This document shows positions 38,067 through 50,419 of a stretch of DNA of 64,000 nucleotides, one piece after another. The stretch is from Selaginella moellendorffii (taxonomy: Eukaryota > Plantae > Lycopodiophyta), in assembly GCF_000143415.4 (NCBI RefSeq), contig NW_003314401.1:148860-212859 (forward strand). Reading direction: 5' to 3'. Position 1 is the first letter of the stretch; every line of letters begins with the position of its first letter. The notes below the pieces were generated by a model. The model saw only the letters and a program-made list of their open reading frames with translations, had not been told where the DNA came from and did not search any database. The translations under genes were made by a program, and so were the position numbers.

Positions 38067-38353
38067 ATGCTTTATTTTGTTAAAGTGGAACTTATTCAGT
38101 AAAGTGGGACATTAATTAGCATGTGTCCACATGCCATTTCCTAGTACTTAATTAATATTTATTAATATTTCTATCAGTTTTTTAATTTATTTTTTATATT
38201 TCACAATATTATAACACAAAATCATATGAAAAGTTTTTAATTTATAAATTATAAAGCTAAAACTTCAATTTTTTATTGTTGTTATAAAAATGGCATGTGG
38301 CCACACACCATAAGTGGGATAATGAAAAGTTCCACTTTAACAAAATAAAGCAT
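38067..38353. mobile_element. MITE copy 1
   Basis: TIR ATGCTTTATTTTGTTAAAGTGGAACTT; 4-bp TSD TTTA. Confidence 0.9.
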
Positions 38354-38760
38354 TTTAGATAAAAATTCACTTAATATTTTATATTAGCAAGTTGAAAAGT
38401 GTACTATATTGGAATGAAAGGCCCAACACTTCCTTGATGTATATGGTTATAAAGAATTTGAGTATCATAAATACAACTCATCCTTGGGATAAAAATTTTA
38501 TTGGGGGGTGGGAGAGAATTGTTAAGTGTTAGTTTTGATATAGTATATGTGATTATGGGATGAAATTTAAATATAACTTTGGGTGATATATGAAGATAAA
38601 ATAACCATTAAAAGCTTTTTTATCATAATTTCTTTTATTCCTTCTTGCTATATAGGTCAAACTAATCTTAAAGGTATATTAAAGCATGGCTAGTTCAATG
38701 GTGGAGTTTTTAAGGTAGTTCGCTAGTGGTTAATAAGTGGTGAGAACCTCAAGAGGATGT

Positions 38761-39444
38761 TGTAAACTCATAAATTTTGACTTCCTAGTAACTGATTGGA
38801 AAAAAAATATGCACTCTTATTCATAAGCTCTTTTATATTTGAATCTCATGAATTGTTTTTTAAGTCGTTTTTTTTTGTTACTTACAATCTACCACATTTT
38901 CTTGTAAGTTCATGCCCTCATGAATAGAAGCTGAGAGCTATAGCTCTCCTAAAAGTCCCACTCTCTTAATACCTTACCCCTCAAGTCAAGTCTAGCCAAA
39001 GGCAAATTAAACATACCAAATGTCAATCTCAACATATAGTGTGGACGGAAGCTGAGAGTCATAGTTTTCCCAAGAGTTTCACTCTCTTGATATTTTACCC
39101 CTCAAGTTAAGCCCAACCAAAGGCAAACTAAACCTGCCAAATATTAATTTCAACATATGGTGTGATTCCCCTAACTAACTTGTTAAATGTCAATCTTAAC
39201 ATGTAGTATGATTCCCTTATCCAACCAATAGAGTCAAACTTGACTCCCTTAATACCAAATATGATTTTTTGAATTTGAACTTCTTGGGAGAACTTAATAC
39301 TATTTAAACTCAAGAACACTTAACCCTAAGTATCATATGATCCTTAACCAATTGAAAAAGGGTTCACTTTTATTTATGGGCGTTTTCCTTTTATATTTAA
39401 ACCCCATAAATCATCTATCAAGACGTTCTTTTTGGTTAATTATA
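38761..39444 (-). mobile_element. Old canonical two-LTR Cassandra-type TRIM
   Basis: Decayed LTRs ~38761-38886 (5S part deleted) and ~39260-39444; partly duplicated internal domain; PBS remnant aatacca; flanks gatgt/gaggt resemble a TSD. Confidence 0.75.
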
Positions 39445-39682
39445 GAGGTGTAACATAGTCTAGGCAAAGCTAAAGCTCTTTGTCTTTATTTTAACATCTA
39501 TAGTGATTTTTAATATGATAAGGTGTGAACAAGTAAAATTCAGACAAAAGAAATGTATGTGAATGTATTGTACCACCATCTTTGCCAAAGTTAATCAAGA
39601 AGATGTTAGTTGACTAAACAAAGTGGAATTGCGTAAAGTTCTACCCATTCTAGTCTGGAAACAAATCTGTTCACGTTCCATT

Positions 39683-39970
39683 ATGCTTTATTTTGTTAAA
39701 GTGGAACTTTTCATTATCCCACTTATGGTTGTGTGGCCACATGCCATTTTTATAACAACAATAAAAAATTGAAGTTTTAGCTTTATAATTTATAAATTAA
39801 AAACTTTTCATATGATTTTGTGTTATAATATTGTGAAATATAAAAAATAAATTAAAAAACTGATAGAAATATTAATAAATATTAATTAAGTACTAGGAAA
39901 TGGCATGTGGACACATGCTAATTAATGTCCCACTTTACTGAATAAGTTCCACTTTAACAAAATAAAGCAT
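39683..39970. mobile_element. MITE copy 2, inverted relative to copy 1
   Basis: Near-identical reverse complement of 38067-38353; 4-bp TSD CATT. Confidence 0.9.
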
Positions 39971-41157
39971 CATTCCTCTAGGAAATCATATCTTATAATC
40001 TACTTAAGTGAATTTTTTAACCAGCCACCATACATTCAATATCTATAAAACCTCTATTATGAAGTTGTAAATGTCTATTGCAAGGGAGCATTTTGATTGC
40101 TTCCTCCATTTGGGCAACAAATATGGTTTGATTACTGTTAAACTCCATCCTATTTAAGTCTCTCTCTAAAATACTTAAAATCTTTGGCAAAGTTTAAGAA
40201 GCTACTTAATCTTAGTATGGGAAGCCCATAACAATGTGCTGCTTGGAGGACACCCTCAATTGCAATTGATAACCACTATCTCCTTATAGAGACTAAAGGA
40301 GTGGATTTCTCCAAGGTTTGTGTGGCTGCAAAATAGGGCTCAAGCAAGTCAGGAGCTGGGATTCTATAGGTGCATGTAGCTGTGAGTTTTGCTGCCAAGA
40401 AAGCCCATCTATAAAGATATAGACTACTTTGCTGAATTGCTTTAAAATATGCTGTTGGTGGGCCTCAAAGAGAATTCTCACCAGCACCCTATAGAAATTG
40501 TGTAGCAATCTTTCAATCCTCTTCATGAGCTATCAGTTTGAAATGATCAAAAGCCTGTTTTGGGTTTTGTGGGAATCTCACATCTACATCTACAACTATC
40601 TTTCTGATGGATTAAACATTGCACTGTCTCCACCAGGAAGATGAACAAAAAAAAATGTAGTCAAATGGGAGTATGCTGGTCAAAGAAGTGCCAGTCAAAA
40701 AATGAGAAAGACTAGTCATACAAATGCAAACAGAAGTGGAAAGATATAAATGCCATATAAACATTGCCACGTAGGTGGAGAGACTGAAATAGGATGGAGT
40801 TTAATATAAGGTGGTTTGATTTATATATGGGAAATCACATGCTATCAAACACAACTCCTCCAAATTCTTTTGCCAGAACTTAAAATAAATACTTACACTA
40901 GAATATTTGTAACATGTCTGATGCCCTATGGGGTTTCCATGACCTTCATAAACAGTTATCTATCTATCTATGTTATTTCGGCCAAGGTTGGAGACATAGT
41001 AGGCTTCATTAAATTGTCAAGTTGGTAAAGCTGCTGAATGTGTGCAATCCAGAAGTCCATGCCCTTGGAGCCTTCTTATTTTGGAAAATCTTATACTCTA
41101 AACCGGGTGGGACTTCATTTGTTATGCCAGCTTTGCATTGGCCTTCTTATTATAATG

Positions 41158-41577
41158 TCTCCTGACTACTCTCACCACCTTTTGAAAGTGTTTACACTGT
41201 ACATTTGCATAAGATGTGCTGTTTTTTCATGCTCTTTTGTATGCTTTGTGGAGCCCCTAACATCCCACCATCCTTTGATTGGCATCTTTATCTTTTGTCT
41301 TATTGGTCACTTCTGGAATGGTCATGTCATGTGTTTGAGTATTTCCACATGTAGGCTTGTGTGATTCTCCTGACTACTCTCACCACCTTTTGAAAGTGTT
41401 TACACTGTACATTTGCATAAGATGTGCTGTTTTTTCATGCTCTTTTGTATGCTTTGTGGAGCCCCTAACATCCCACCATCCTTTGATTGGCATCTTTATC
41501 TTTTGTCTTATTGGTCACTTCTGGAATGGTCATGTCATGTGTTTGAGTATTTCCACCTGTAGGCTTGTGTGATTCTC
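41158..41577. repeat. Tandem duplication, 208-bp unit x2
   Basis: Units start at 41158 and 41366; one mismatch seen. Confidence 0.9.
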
Positions 41578-41899
41578 TTCCAGGATGTCATACTACAAAA
41601 AGAACTAACATACATGATTAATGAATTTCAAATCAAACATTTCTGAGTTTTAAAAATTCACAACAGATTCATTTATAATGAATTCTAGATTTATAACCAT
41701 GTGAATCATGAATGTGAGACTACAATTGTTTCACAATGAGCAATTCACAAGTTTTTCATTGATATTGTCACATTTGATTTCCACAGGTTGCCACATTAGA
41801 TGCCACATAAGCTTTCAACATCACTATCTATGGAATGCCACATCACCAAGAAATCTGGATTGTTAACTGAATTAATATCTAGACCATTGCTCAATTATA

Positions 41900-43462
41900 A
41901 TCTAGCTTACAATCTAGCTCTTGCCACTTACACTTTGCTTGTTGCTTGCTGCTTGCACTACTCGCTTCTGCTGTTTGTGCTGCTCGCTTCTGCTGCTGTT
42001 GCTGCTTGTGCTGCTCACTGCTGCTGGCTGACTTGCTGCTACTAGCTGCCAAGCCAAAGCAGGCTCCTCCTCTGCCACACCCATCATCGTCTTGTACCTG
42101 GCTGGCACCTTCTAGAGTGCACTAATCTTCTCCAGCTTCTCCTTTGCCCAGCCTGCTGTAGCTCACCAAGTTCCTGGCTGCTGCTCACTGCTACTTGTTT
42201 CTGCTTGCTGCTGCTGGCTCACTGCCACTCACTCTAGTTAGCTTGCTGGCTCTGTAAAAGAAAGATTATAACATAAAAAAGGGATCCACCTTACCTCCTG
42301 GAAGAAATGCCGTGGATGTCTTGCCAAGGCTGATTCTAAAAAAACTGGAAACATTTAACATTGAGACACTCAAGTTTTTACCTAGCTTCCTAGAGTTTCT
42401 TGACATGCTGGATTCCCGTTAGGAGAGTTCTCATCTCCTCTTGCTACAGGAGTCACCTGTTTAAAAATACAAAATGAACAAGAAAGAAGAAGAGAAAACA
42501 ACCAAAACCTGGTTGGTAATTGCTTTGAGAGCTCTCCTTTGATAAGATTTCTGTAAGATCACACTTCTCATTCAGCTAGAATGAAAGAAAAGAAATGTAA
42601 GAACCTGGATTTATCATATGTTAATTCTACCTGTTATAGGCAAAGCTCCATAGTCTTCCCCAACATTGTTACCGCTGCACATCGAGTCTCTTGCTTGCGA
42701 AGAAGTTGAACGATGGATTGAACAGCTCCTGGAAACCGAGAAAGCATAAAGAGTTCAGATACTCGGTCAGCAGTACCAACGAGAGGGACAAACTCCATTT
42801 GAACTATAGAAGCAAATGCTTCAGCGTAGGAGAAGAATTCCATTCGACTCGCATCAATGGATCTCTTCAAGGTGAGGTGCTTCAAAACCTTGAGTAAGAA
42901 ACGATTAAGCCCCGCCAGCCAAACAATCTAGCAGCTTTGAGATGAATGTCTCTTTCATCCTCACTATCAATCACTCTGGGAGCCTAGAATAAAAAAGCCA
43001 AGAGGGAACATTAAGAAAAAGCAAAACATGTTGAAACAAAGAACTTTGGAAACAGTAGCATGTATGGCACCACGGATTCTTGGCGCATCACCATTTCCTG
43101 GCTAAAGACTACACCTTCAAAGGCTCCAATCAATTCGTGTGAAGAAAAGTGAGTTCTTTCTCTCTTTCGTATAATTTTCTCAAGAAAAGAAGAAAAGCTT
43201 ACCAGTTCTGACGATTCTAGCTCCGTGAGCACAAGCGTGATCTCTCGCTGGAATCGTTGAGCCATAATATCAGTAGCCTGAAGAGCTTCTTGAGATCCCG
43301 GGTCTTGACGTGATCAGTGAGGAGCCTTGTATGGAGAGCGAGATACCTCAGCGTCTTGAAGAGCTCCGTCGCGAGGGGAATCTCATCGGGGCCAGTGATT
43401 GTTGTTCGGTTGGTCCATGATGGAAACGCGACCTCTGCTTCTCCTGAACGCCGAAACCCATC
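41900..43462 (-). pseudogene. Multi-exon hypothetical gene or pseudogene of unknown function
   Basis: Short exons with GT-AG borders (MGFRRSG.., ..TELESSEL, ..FPGAVQSIVQLLRKQETR..), apparent frame breaks and a CAG/CTG-rich 3' part. Confidence 0.3.
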
Positions 43463-44186
43463 TGAAAGCAGACATATGAGGCAAGTGACGTGGTAATCTT
43501 GGCTTATGTGTGATGTGCCACATCACTTGCCACATATACACAATTTCATACGATTGAATCACTGAAGTTTAATTGATATTTCACAATGAATGAAATCAAG
43601 GATTTCTCGTGTGTGTGTGTGTGTTCCAAAGTTCCTCAACTCGCTGCTGTAGGTGATCTAGTTGGTCGATCAAGGGGCAAGTTCGTTGCTATGCTGTTTT
43701 ACTTTTCATGTGGGGCACAAGCCGGAGTGTGATTGCGATTGGTCTGTGATCGACGAATTCCAGGAAGGATATTGTTGAGAGCATTTGGAGAGTGAGAAAG
43801 TCTCCTATTACATAGTCTGGGTGCTGCAACCATCTCCTGATGCAGGAGCCCAACTTGCCCAGGTGTGGGACTGATATGTGTATCCCAAGTGTGATATACC
43901 ATTTAAGATTTCATGTCGGTGATCTTGCAGAATTCGATCAGTTTGCGTTGTCTTACTTGTCTACTCTGCTCCTACTCCACATGGTAGTTAGTGGATCTAT
44001 CCCTCATACCCAAAAATGTATATTCTATCAAACTTTAAAATTTTATAGCTCTATCATGATCATGAATCCAATATCATGACCATGTAACATTCTATGTTAT
44101 ATATGTGTGTTTTTTTAGGTTTTGGGCCCAAAATGCTTATTTTTAATGGTAAAACTTGTTATTTACCTAAAACTACTTAAACTAAA

Positions 44187-44990
44187 ATGGGCAGAGCCCT
44201 AATGATTTCCACCATGAGCGGGCGGCCGGTGCCACAAATCCAGGAGCCAGCTGCGGAGCACACCCATACCGTCATCTTCCTCCATGGCGGCGGTAGCGAC
44301 GGGCCACAGTTTTGGAGGGCGATCCGTCGGATGCGCCCCTCTCTCTTTGCCAAGTTCCCGAGCTTCCGCTGGGTCTTCCCCAGCTCAGGGCTGCTGTGGT
44401 CGAGTTCCATGGAGATGGAGCGCAAGCAGTGGCTGGACGCCTCGCCGCGGGACAGCAGCGAGTCGGCGCAGGAGATCCCAGGACTAAGCAGCTCCGTAGA
44501 GTACGTTCTGCGGCTCATTGAGGATGAGGTGCAGCGGCTGGGTGGCAGGGCAGACAAGCTTGTGCTTGGCGGCCTCAGCCAGGGACAGGCAACGTCCCTG
44601 TACGCCTTGCTGCGCTGCGAGCACAGGCTGGGAGCCTATGTGGGCATGAGCGGATGGTTACCCCTCGCCCACAAGCTCGATCAGAGGACGTTGAAAGAGG
44701 GAGATTTACAGGGGGCTGAGGCTACTCCCGTCTTTTTGGGCCACGGCACTCACGATCGCAAGGTGCCTCTCGAGCTCGCGTTGAGGGCTCGTCACGTACT
44801 CAGCACCAACATGAACGTGGACGTGACGTGGAGGCAGTATGTGGGCGCCAAGCTGGACGGGCACTGGATCAAGGAGCCGGAGGAGCTGGAGGACGTAGCT
44901 GAGTTTCTCCAGGCCAAGCTCCAACTCGAGGAATACAACGCTCCTTCTCAAAACCAAACCTCCCTTCTGAAGGAGACCTGCCTCATCTGA
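44187..44990 (+). CDS. Phospholipase/carboxylesterase (acyl-protein thioesterase-like, Abhydrolase_2), intronless
   Basis: VIFLHG, RWVFPSS, nucleophile GLSQG, GMSGWLP, FLGHGTHD, GHW (Ser-Asp-His triad); intact 267-aa ORF. Confidence 0.9.
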   Translation: MGRALMISTMSGRPVPQIQEPAAEHTHTVIFLHGGGSDGPQFWRAIRRMRPSLFAKFPSFRWVFPSSGLLWSSSMEMERKQWLDASPRDSSESAQEIPGLSSSVEYVLRLIEDEVQRLGGRADKLVLGGLSQGQATSLYALLRCEHRLGAYVGMSGWLPLAHKLDQRTLKEGDLQGAEATPVFLGHGTHDRKVPLELALRARHVLSTNMNVDVTWRQYVGAKLDGHWIKEPEELEDVAEFLQAKLQLEEYNAPSQNQTSLLKETCLI

Positions 44991-45210
44991 ATCTGGGGGT
45001 TTTGAGAGCGCCTAAAGAGCACAGTGCTTCACTGTAAAATTCATGCTTGCAGCTTGAATGTCGGATGAATTGTGGATCAGACTGAGTATCTTCTTCGTCA
45101 GCTCCCGCCATGGATCATGCCATGGATAATTCAAGTGTGACATCATTTATGTAAGTGAGTTGCTTCTTAGTCTAGATATAATATAATGCTTATTTATTAA
45201 TGTAAACTAG

Positions 45211-48200
45211 TGTGAGGTCCAAGTGTATGACTACAATGTCATATACTAATATTAATTTTGGTAGCCGTTGGATTGGTTTTTGGGCTAATTAATATACATA
45301 TTTTTTGTATTCCCTTTCTATATTCCATAAAGTGAGGGGCACTTTTGATTGTCCCTTGGAAGTGTTTGAATTTGAGATTTTGGTTTAGATTAAAATTTTG
45401 CATTGTCTAGATTTAGTTTTCTCCATTTTTTTTCTCTTGCTCTTTCCCTTCAAGATTTTTGTTTAGATCTAGCTTTTGCATTGTTTAGATCTCCTTTTTT
45501 GTAGCGCACTTTATCTCTCTCCTCTTAAGCCAACTAAAAAAGGGGCAATTGCTTGATAAGAGAGCCTTTAATGGCTATTTTATCCCCAAAGTGAAGCATT
45601 AAGTATGTCTCACTGAAGTACAGTGGCGTAAAAAATGTGTGGTTTGGAGAAGGAATTTAGCCTTCAATTGTTATGTTCTCTGTTTGTAGCACACAAACAA
45701 TATATCCAAATCTCACCAATGTCTTCATTGACAACCCCTACTAAGCCAAGGTGTTGTTCAACCCTTACTGAGCCAAGGTATCCAAATCTCACCAATGTCT
45801 TCATTGACAACCCCTACTAAGCCAAGGTGTTGTTCAACCCTTACTGAGCCAAGGTATGTTCTCTGTTTGTAGCACACAAATAGTATATCTAAATCTCGAG
45901 CCAAGGTATGTTCTCTGTTTGTAGCACACAAACAGTATATCTAAATCTCACCAATGTCTTCATTGACAACCCAAATCTCATCCCGTGATCACATGTGTTA
46001 CACTCACCCCCCCCCTTTAGAGATGTTAATGTCCTTATTCATTTCCACACTCAATCTACCAATCCTTCCATCACCTTTAGAGATGTTAATGTCTTTATTC
46101 ATTTCCACACTCAATCTACCAATCCTTCCATTGTGTAAACTAATTATTCCATGTGAGGCAACTGGTCATCCACCCGTACTGCAGTCCCATGTCACAAAAG
46201 GAAGGACATACGCATGGATGCCCAATACGTATGATTTCAAATTTAGGGGTAGGAATATACCTTGCTCAAGGGTATATTATACTTTTAAGTAGCCACTAAT
46301 CAATGGGAATCGAACCCGTGCCATTTACTCCGATACCAACTGTAGCAACACCTTATCTCTCTCCCCTTAAGCCAACTGGAAAAGGGGCAATTACTTGATG
46401 AGAGAGCCCTTAGTGGCTATTTTATCCCCATTTATCCCCCAAGGTTCCAAGGATCCACGGTGACAGTATATCCAAATCTCATCCCATGATCACATGTGCT
46501 ACACTTTCCTTTTAGCTTTTTTTCATTTATCTTTTTTTGCTCTTTTCTTTTCATTCATCTTTATGGCAGATCAATAATCTCCTCCTCCTTTGACTCTGGA
46601 GTAGCAGTTGGTGCAATTGCTTGATGTTATGCGATTGCAATTAAACAACCAAACTTAACTGATGGTAGCATTCATGGCAAACTCTTCCTACTCTTGGTGC
46701 CAATCTTCGCGTTCGGCTGGAGTTCTTTCACGGGAATCTTGGGGATGATGTGTATCATTGGTTTGATCACTTCATGGTGATTGCCACATATTATTCTTGG
46801 GATGATACTTAATATTTGTATGAGTTTCTCACGTGTCTCCAAGGGATGGCATTGTAGTAGTATAATGGTTTGAGCGCAACCACTCGTGGGGATTGAAATG
46901 TTCTCCTGAACGTCTTCAAATGTGCTTTCAAACATGCTGACGATTGTGATGATGTCTTCCAACAATTGCATTGTCTTTGTCAAGGGCCATCTGAGTCAGT
47001 GATGCAATTCTAAAACTTCTTGCTTCGTGCAGAGCTAAATATGTTAGATCAAGCTAGAAATGTTGTGGTCAACACTTTGTTAAGATCTTGTCAAATTTAT
47101 ACATGCATTTGCTTCAGCCACCTATAATGATGCTCTTTGCTTGGCACAACATTATGAGACATTACTTCTTCCACTTCTCGCTACACATCTTTTAGCTCCA
47201 CTTCTTGTGAGTGATGGTTCTGTTCCAATGGAGGTTAATGCTGCTGCTCCTTGAGTCCAAGGACAAGGGCAAGGACATGGTTGTGGCCGTGATGTTTGTT
47301 GTTAGGCATGTAATGAAGTTAGTTACACTTATTGGTATTGTTGGTGTTTTCTAGATTAGCAACCACCATTTCCTAGGTGGAAACCTTGGCATCAACAATG
47401 TTTTATTGGTGTTGTTGTAATGGAGCTTGGACACCAAGATGCATCACACAAGTAACGGAGAGACCTTGTGCAAATAAGTTAGTGACCCCTTTATCTTTCT
47501 TTCGGGAGTATCATCAAGGGGTTCACTCGGCACCAGTTCATCCAGTGTTTACTTTCTAAGCTCATTTTTATAACAAGAGATCTTTTATTATTCTCTCTAT
47601 GTTGGTTGATATAGATTTGAGTTTATCTTCTATTGCTTAAGTTGTTGCCACATGTTGCCGTCTATACTTGCATCGTGCGGTAGAGCTAGTTTTCATTCTT
47701 TATGGCAACGGCCGTACATATGCATGTGCACGGGATGAGACAGACCTAGTTGTGCATGTAGACAATATCGAGTTTGGGTTGCAATCACTGAAGATAGTGC
47801 TGAATTAAGTTTTTGACCTCATCCTTGGTATGAATTGGTTGCAGCACAATCATGCTAAGCGTGACTTTAAGGCTTCTCCCTTTTATCTCATACTTCCTCA
47901 TATTTTATCCATTCCTCTCACTTCCATACCACTTCATCCCTCTACTTCTACCTCTACTTCCATTACTTTTGTCCCCCTCATTACTTCCTCCTATGTTTTT
48001 GTTTTGTTCCACTCTTCTTTTTTTCGATCCCTTCAACAGTCTTTGTGTTGTAACGGTTGACCGACTCATGAAGGAGTATTTTGATCTCTTTGAATTTGAC
48101 TTACTGTTTGGGGCCAAGATTGCCACATGTCATTCTATTCCAACTGGGGATGTTCGTCCAATCAGGGTTTCTATTCGTTATCAGTCACCTAAAAAGATCA

Positions 48201-50419
48201 AAATTTTACATGCAAACATCAAAGAGATGTTGGAGAAGGGTGTTATTTGGAAGTTACGGAGTTCTTGGGCATGTGAACCTCATCTTGTGACGAAGCCTAA
48301 TAGAAGCATTTGTTTCTGTATCGACTATCATCTGTTAAATGACATGACAATCCCAAATGTATACCCTCTTCCTCACACTACTGATCTCTTGGATTATCTA
48401 GAGAGAAATTGTTGGTTCACCAAGTTAAATCTTGCTTTTGGGTACTGGCAAGTACTAATAGTTAAAGAAGATATTCTTATGATTGTTTTTCATACACCAT
48501 TTGGTTTGTATGAGTTCTTGGTGATACCATATGGTTTAAATAATGCTCTAGCAACTTCCCAATAGATGATGGATGAAGTTCTTTGTGATATGTCAGAGGT
48601 GATTGCTGACTTCATTAATAATGTTTTGATCCACTCGGAGGGGACATGGGAGGAGCACATCCATGATATTTATAGAGTGTTGGATCGGCTACATAACATT
48701 TGTTTAAAGTTGAAGCGGTTGAAATGCGTGTTTGGGTCTAAAGATATGACTTATCTTGGGTACCATATTTCTTGTGAGAGTTGATCCTGACAAACTTGTG
48801 GCTATTCTAAAGTTCCCTACTCTGAAGTGTGTGAATGATATGCAGCGCTTCCTTGGCAAGGTGCAGTATCTCAGTCGTTTTGTGGATCATCTTTCTGATC
48901 ACACTGCACCATTGTGAGTATTGCTGAAGTCATCAATGTCATTTTTCATTTAGTCTCAGGATTGTGAGTAGGCGTTCATGGATCTCAAAGAGCTATTAAC
49001 GACTTCTCCGGTGTTGGCATATCTTGACTACACTTAACCTTTCATTTTGCACATGGATGCTTCTGATATTGGTCTTGGAGGTGTGTTAATGCAAGAGAGC
49101 CTAAGTGTGCTTAGTTAGCGCTATCCCATTATGTATATAAGCCATATATTACAACCAACGGAGGTGAACTACTCTACGATAGAGAAGAAGTGTTTAGCAA
49201 CAGTTAGGGGTTTCAAGAAACTTCATACATATTTACATAGTTTTCAGACGTTACTAGAAGGTGATCATGTTACCATTACTTTATTATTGAAGCAAAAGAA
49301 CCTGGTTGGTTATATTACTTGGTGGGCTTTGAAGCTTTAGATATATGATTTTGATGTTATTCATTGCCCGGGGAGTTTTATGGTTGATGCTGATGCCCTT
49401 TCTCAGGCTCCTCTTCCTTTTTCACTCTCTTCTCATATTTCTGACAAGCTTATTATTCCAGCATTTATAGATTTTCTAGATGAGGATTTTATGTTGTCGA
49501 CGGTTGCTATACTTGACATTTAGTATGCACAAGGTGCAAAGCAAGATCTACCTTCTCTTGATGAGGTTTGCAAGGTTTAAAAGATTGAGCCATGGATTTG
49601 AAAGTTTCAAAATGGGTTTGAAAATTCTGCATCATTTTGCCATTCTAGCATTTACATTCTCAATATCACCTTGAAGATAGCCTTTTTTATTTTGTGAGGA
49701 TGGATCATGATGATTATTTGTGGCTAGTGGTGGCTTCTATCTTTATTCCACGGTTTCTCCATGCCTACCATGATTCTCTTATTCTAGGTGGGCATATGGG
49801 ATATCGTCGTGTGACCAAGAAACTACACAGGTCTTTCTATTGGCTAAAGATGCGATGTGATATTATTCAGTATATGCATAGTTGCATTTGGTGCCAAGCT
49901 TGTAATACTCCCCCTCATGCCATGGAAAGACGGTTGGAGTCAATTGCAATTTCTCGTCCGTTTGAGTTGGTGGTGTTTGATTTTATAGGACCTTTTCCAC
50001 AATCGACTGCTAGCAATGAATTATTATTACTGCTTTTGACTATTTGACTTGTTGAGTGCAAGTTAGTGCTTTGGCTAGTGCCTTTGCAACTACTGTTGGA
50101 TACTTCCTCCTCAATCGAGTGGTGTTCCAACATTTTTTTCTGGAGCAGATTCTTTCGGATAATGGTCTCACATTTATGGTTGAGACGTTTCGATTAAGGA
50201 TACACCACACTTTCACAAGTGTTTATCATCCACAGTCAGACAGTTTGGTGGAATGGCTCATTTGAACATTCAAAGGAATGATTGCAAAGTATGTAAACTT
50301 TCAGCATTTGGATTGGGATAGTTATTTATCATCTCTTCGGTATGCATATGTTACAAGGGTGGTGCTTCACTATATAAACTTCTATATGGTCATGATCCAA
50401 TATTACCAATGAAGCTAAG
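45211..50419 (+). mobile_element. Degenerate Ty3/Gypsy family A copy 2, cut at the 3' end by a family B insertion
   Basis: LTR-like 45211-45330; colinear with 9781-21200 through gag, PR, RT, RH and INT. Confidence 0.85.
45500..46503 (-). mobile_element. TRIM (second family) inserted in the family A leader
   Basis: LTRs 46341-46503 and 45500-46001 (the latter expanded by tandem repeats); PBS tggtatcggag; PPT aaaggggggggtgag; TSD unclear. Confidence 0.75.

Noticed and set aside
38067-39970. One composite transposon with 287-bp TIRs
   Set aside because: Each repeat has its own TIRs and a distinct TSD, so these are two separate MITEs
41158-41577. CRISPR-like or functional repeat
   Set aside because: Simple two-unit tandem duplication without spacers; possibly an assembly overlap
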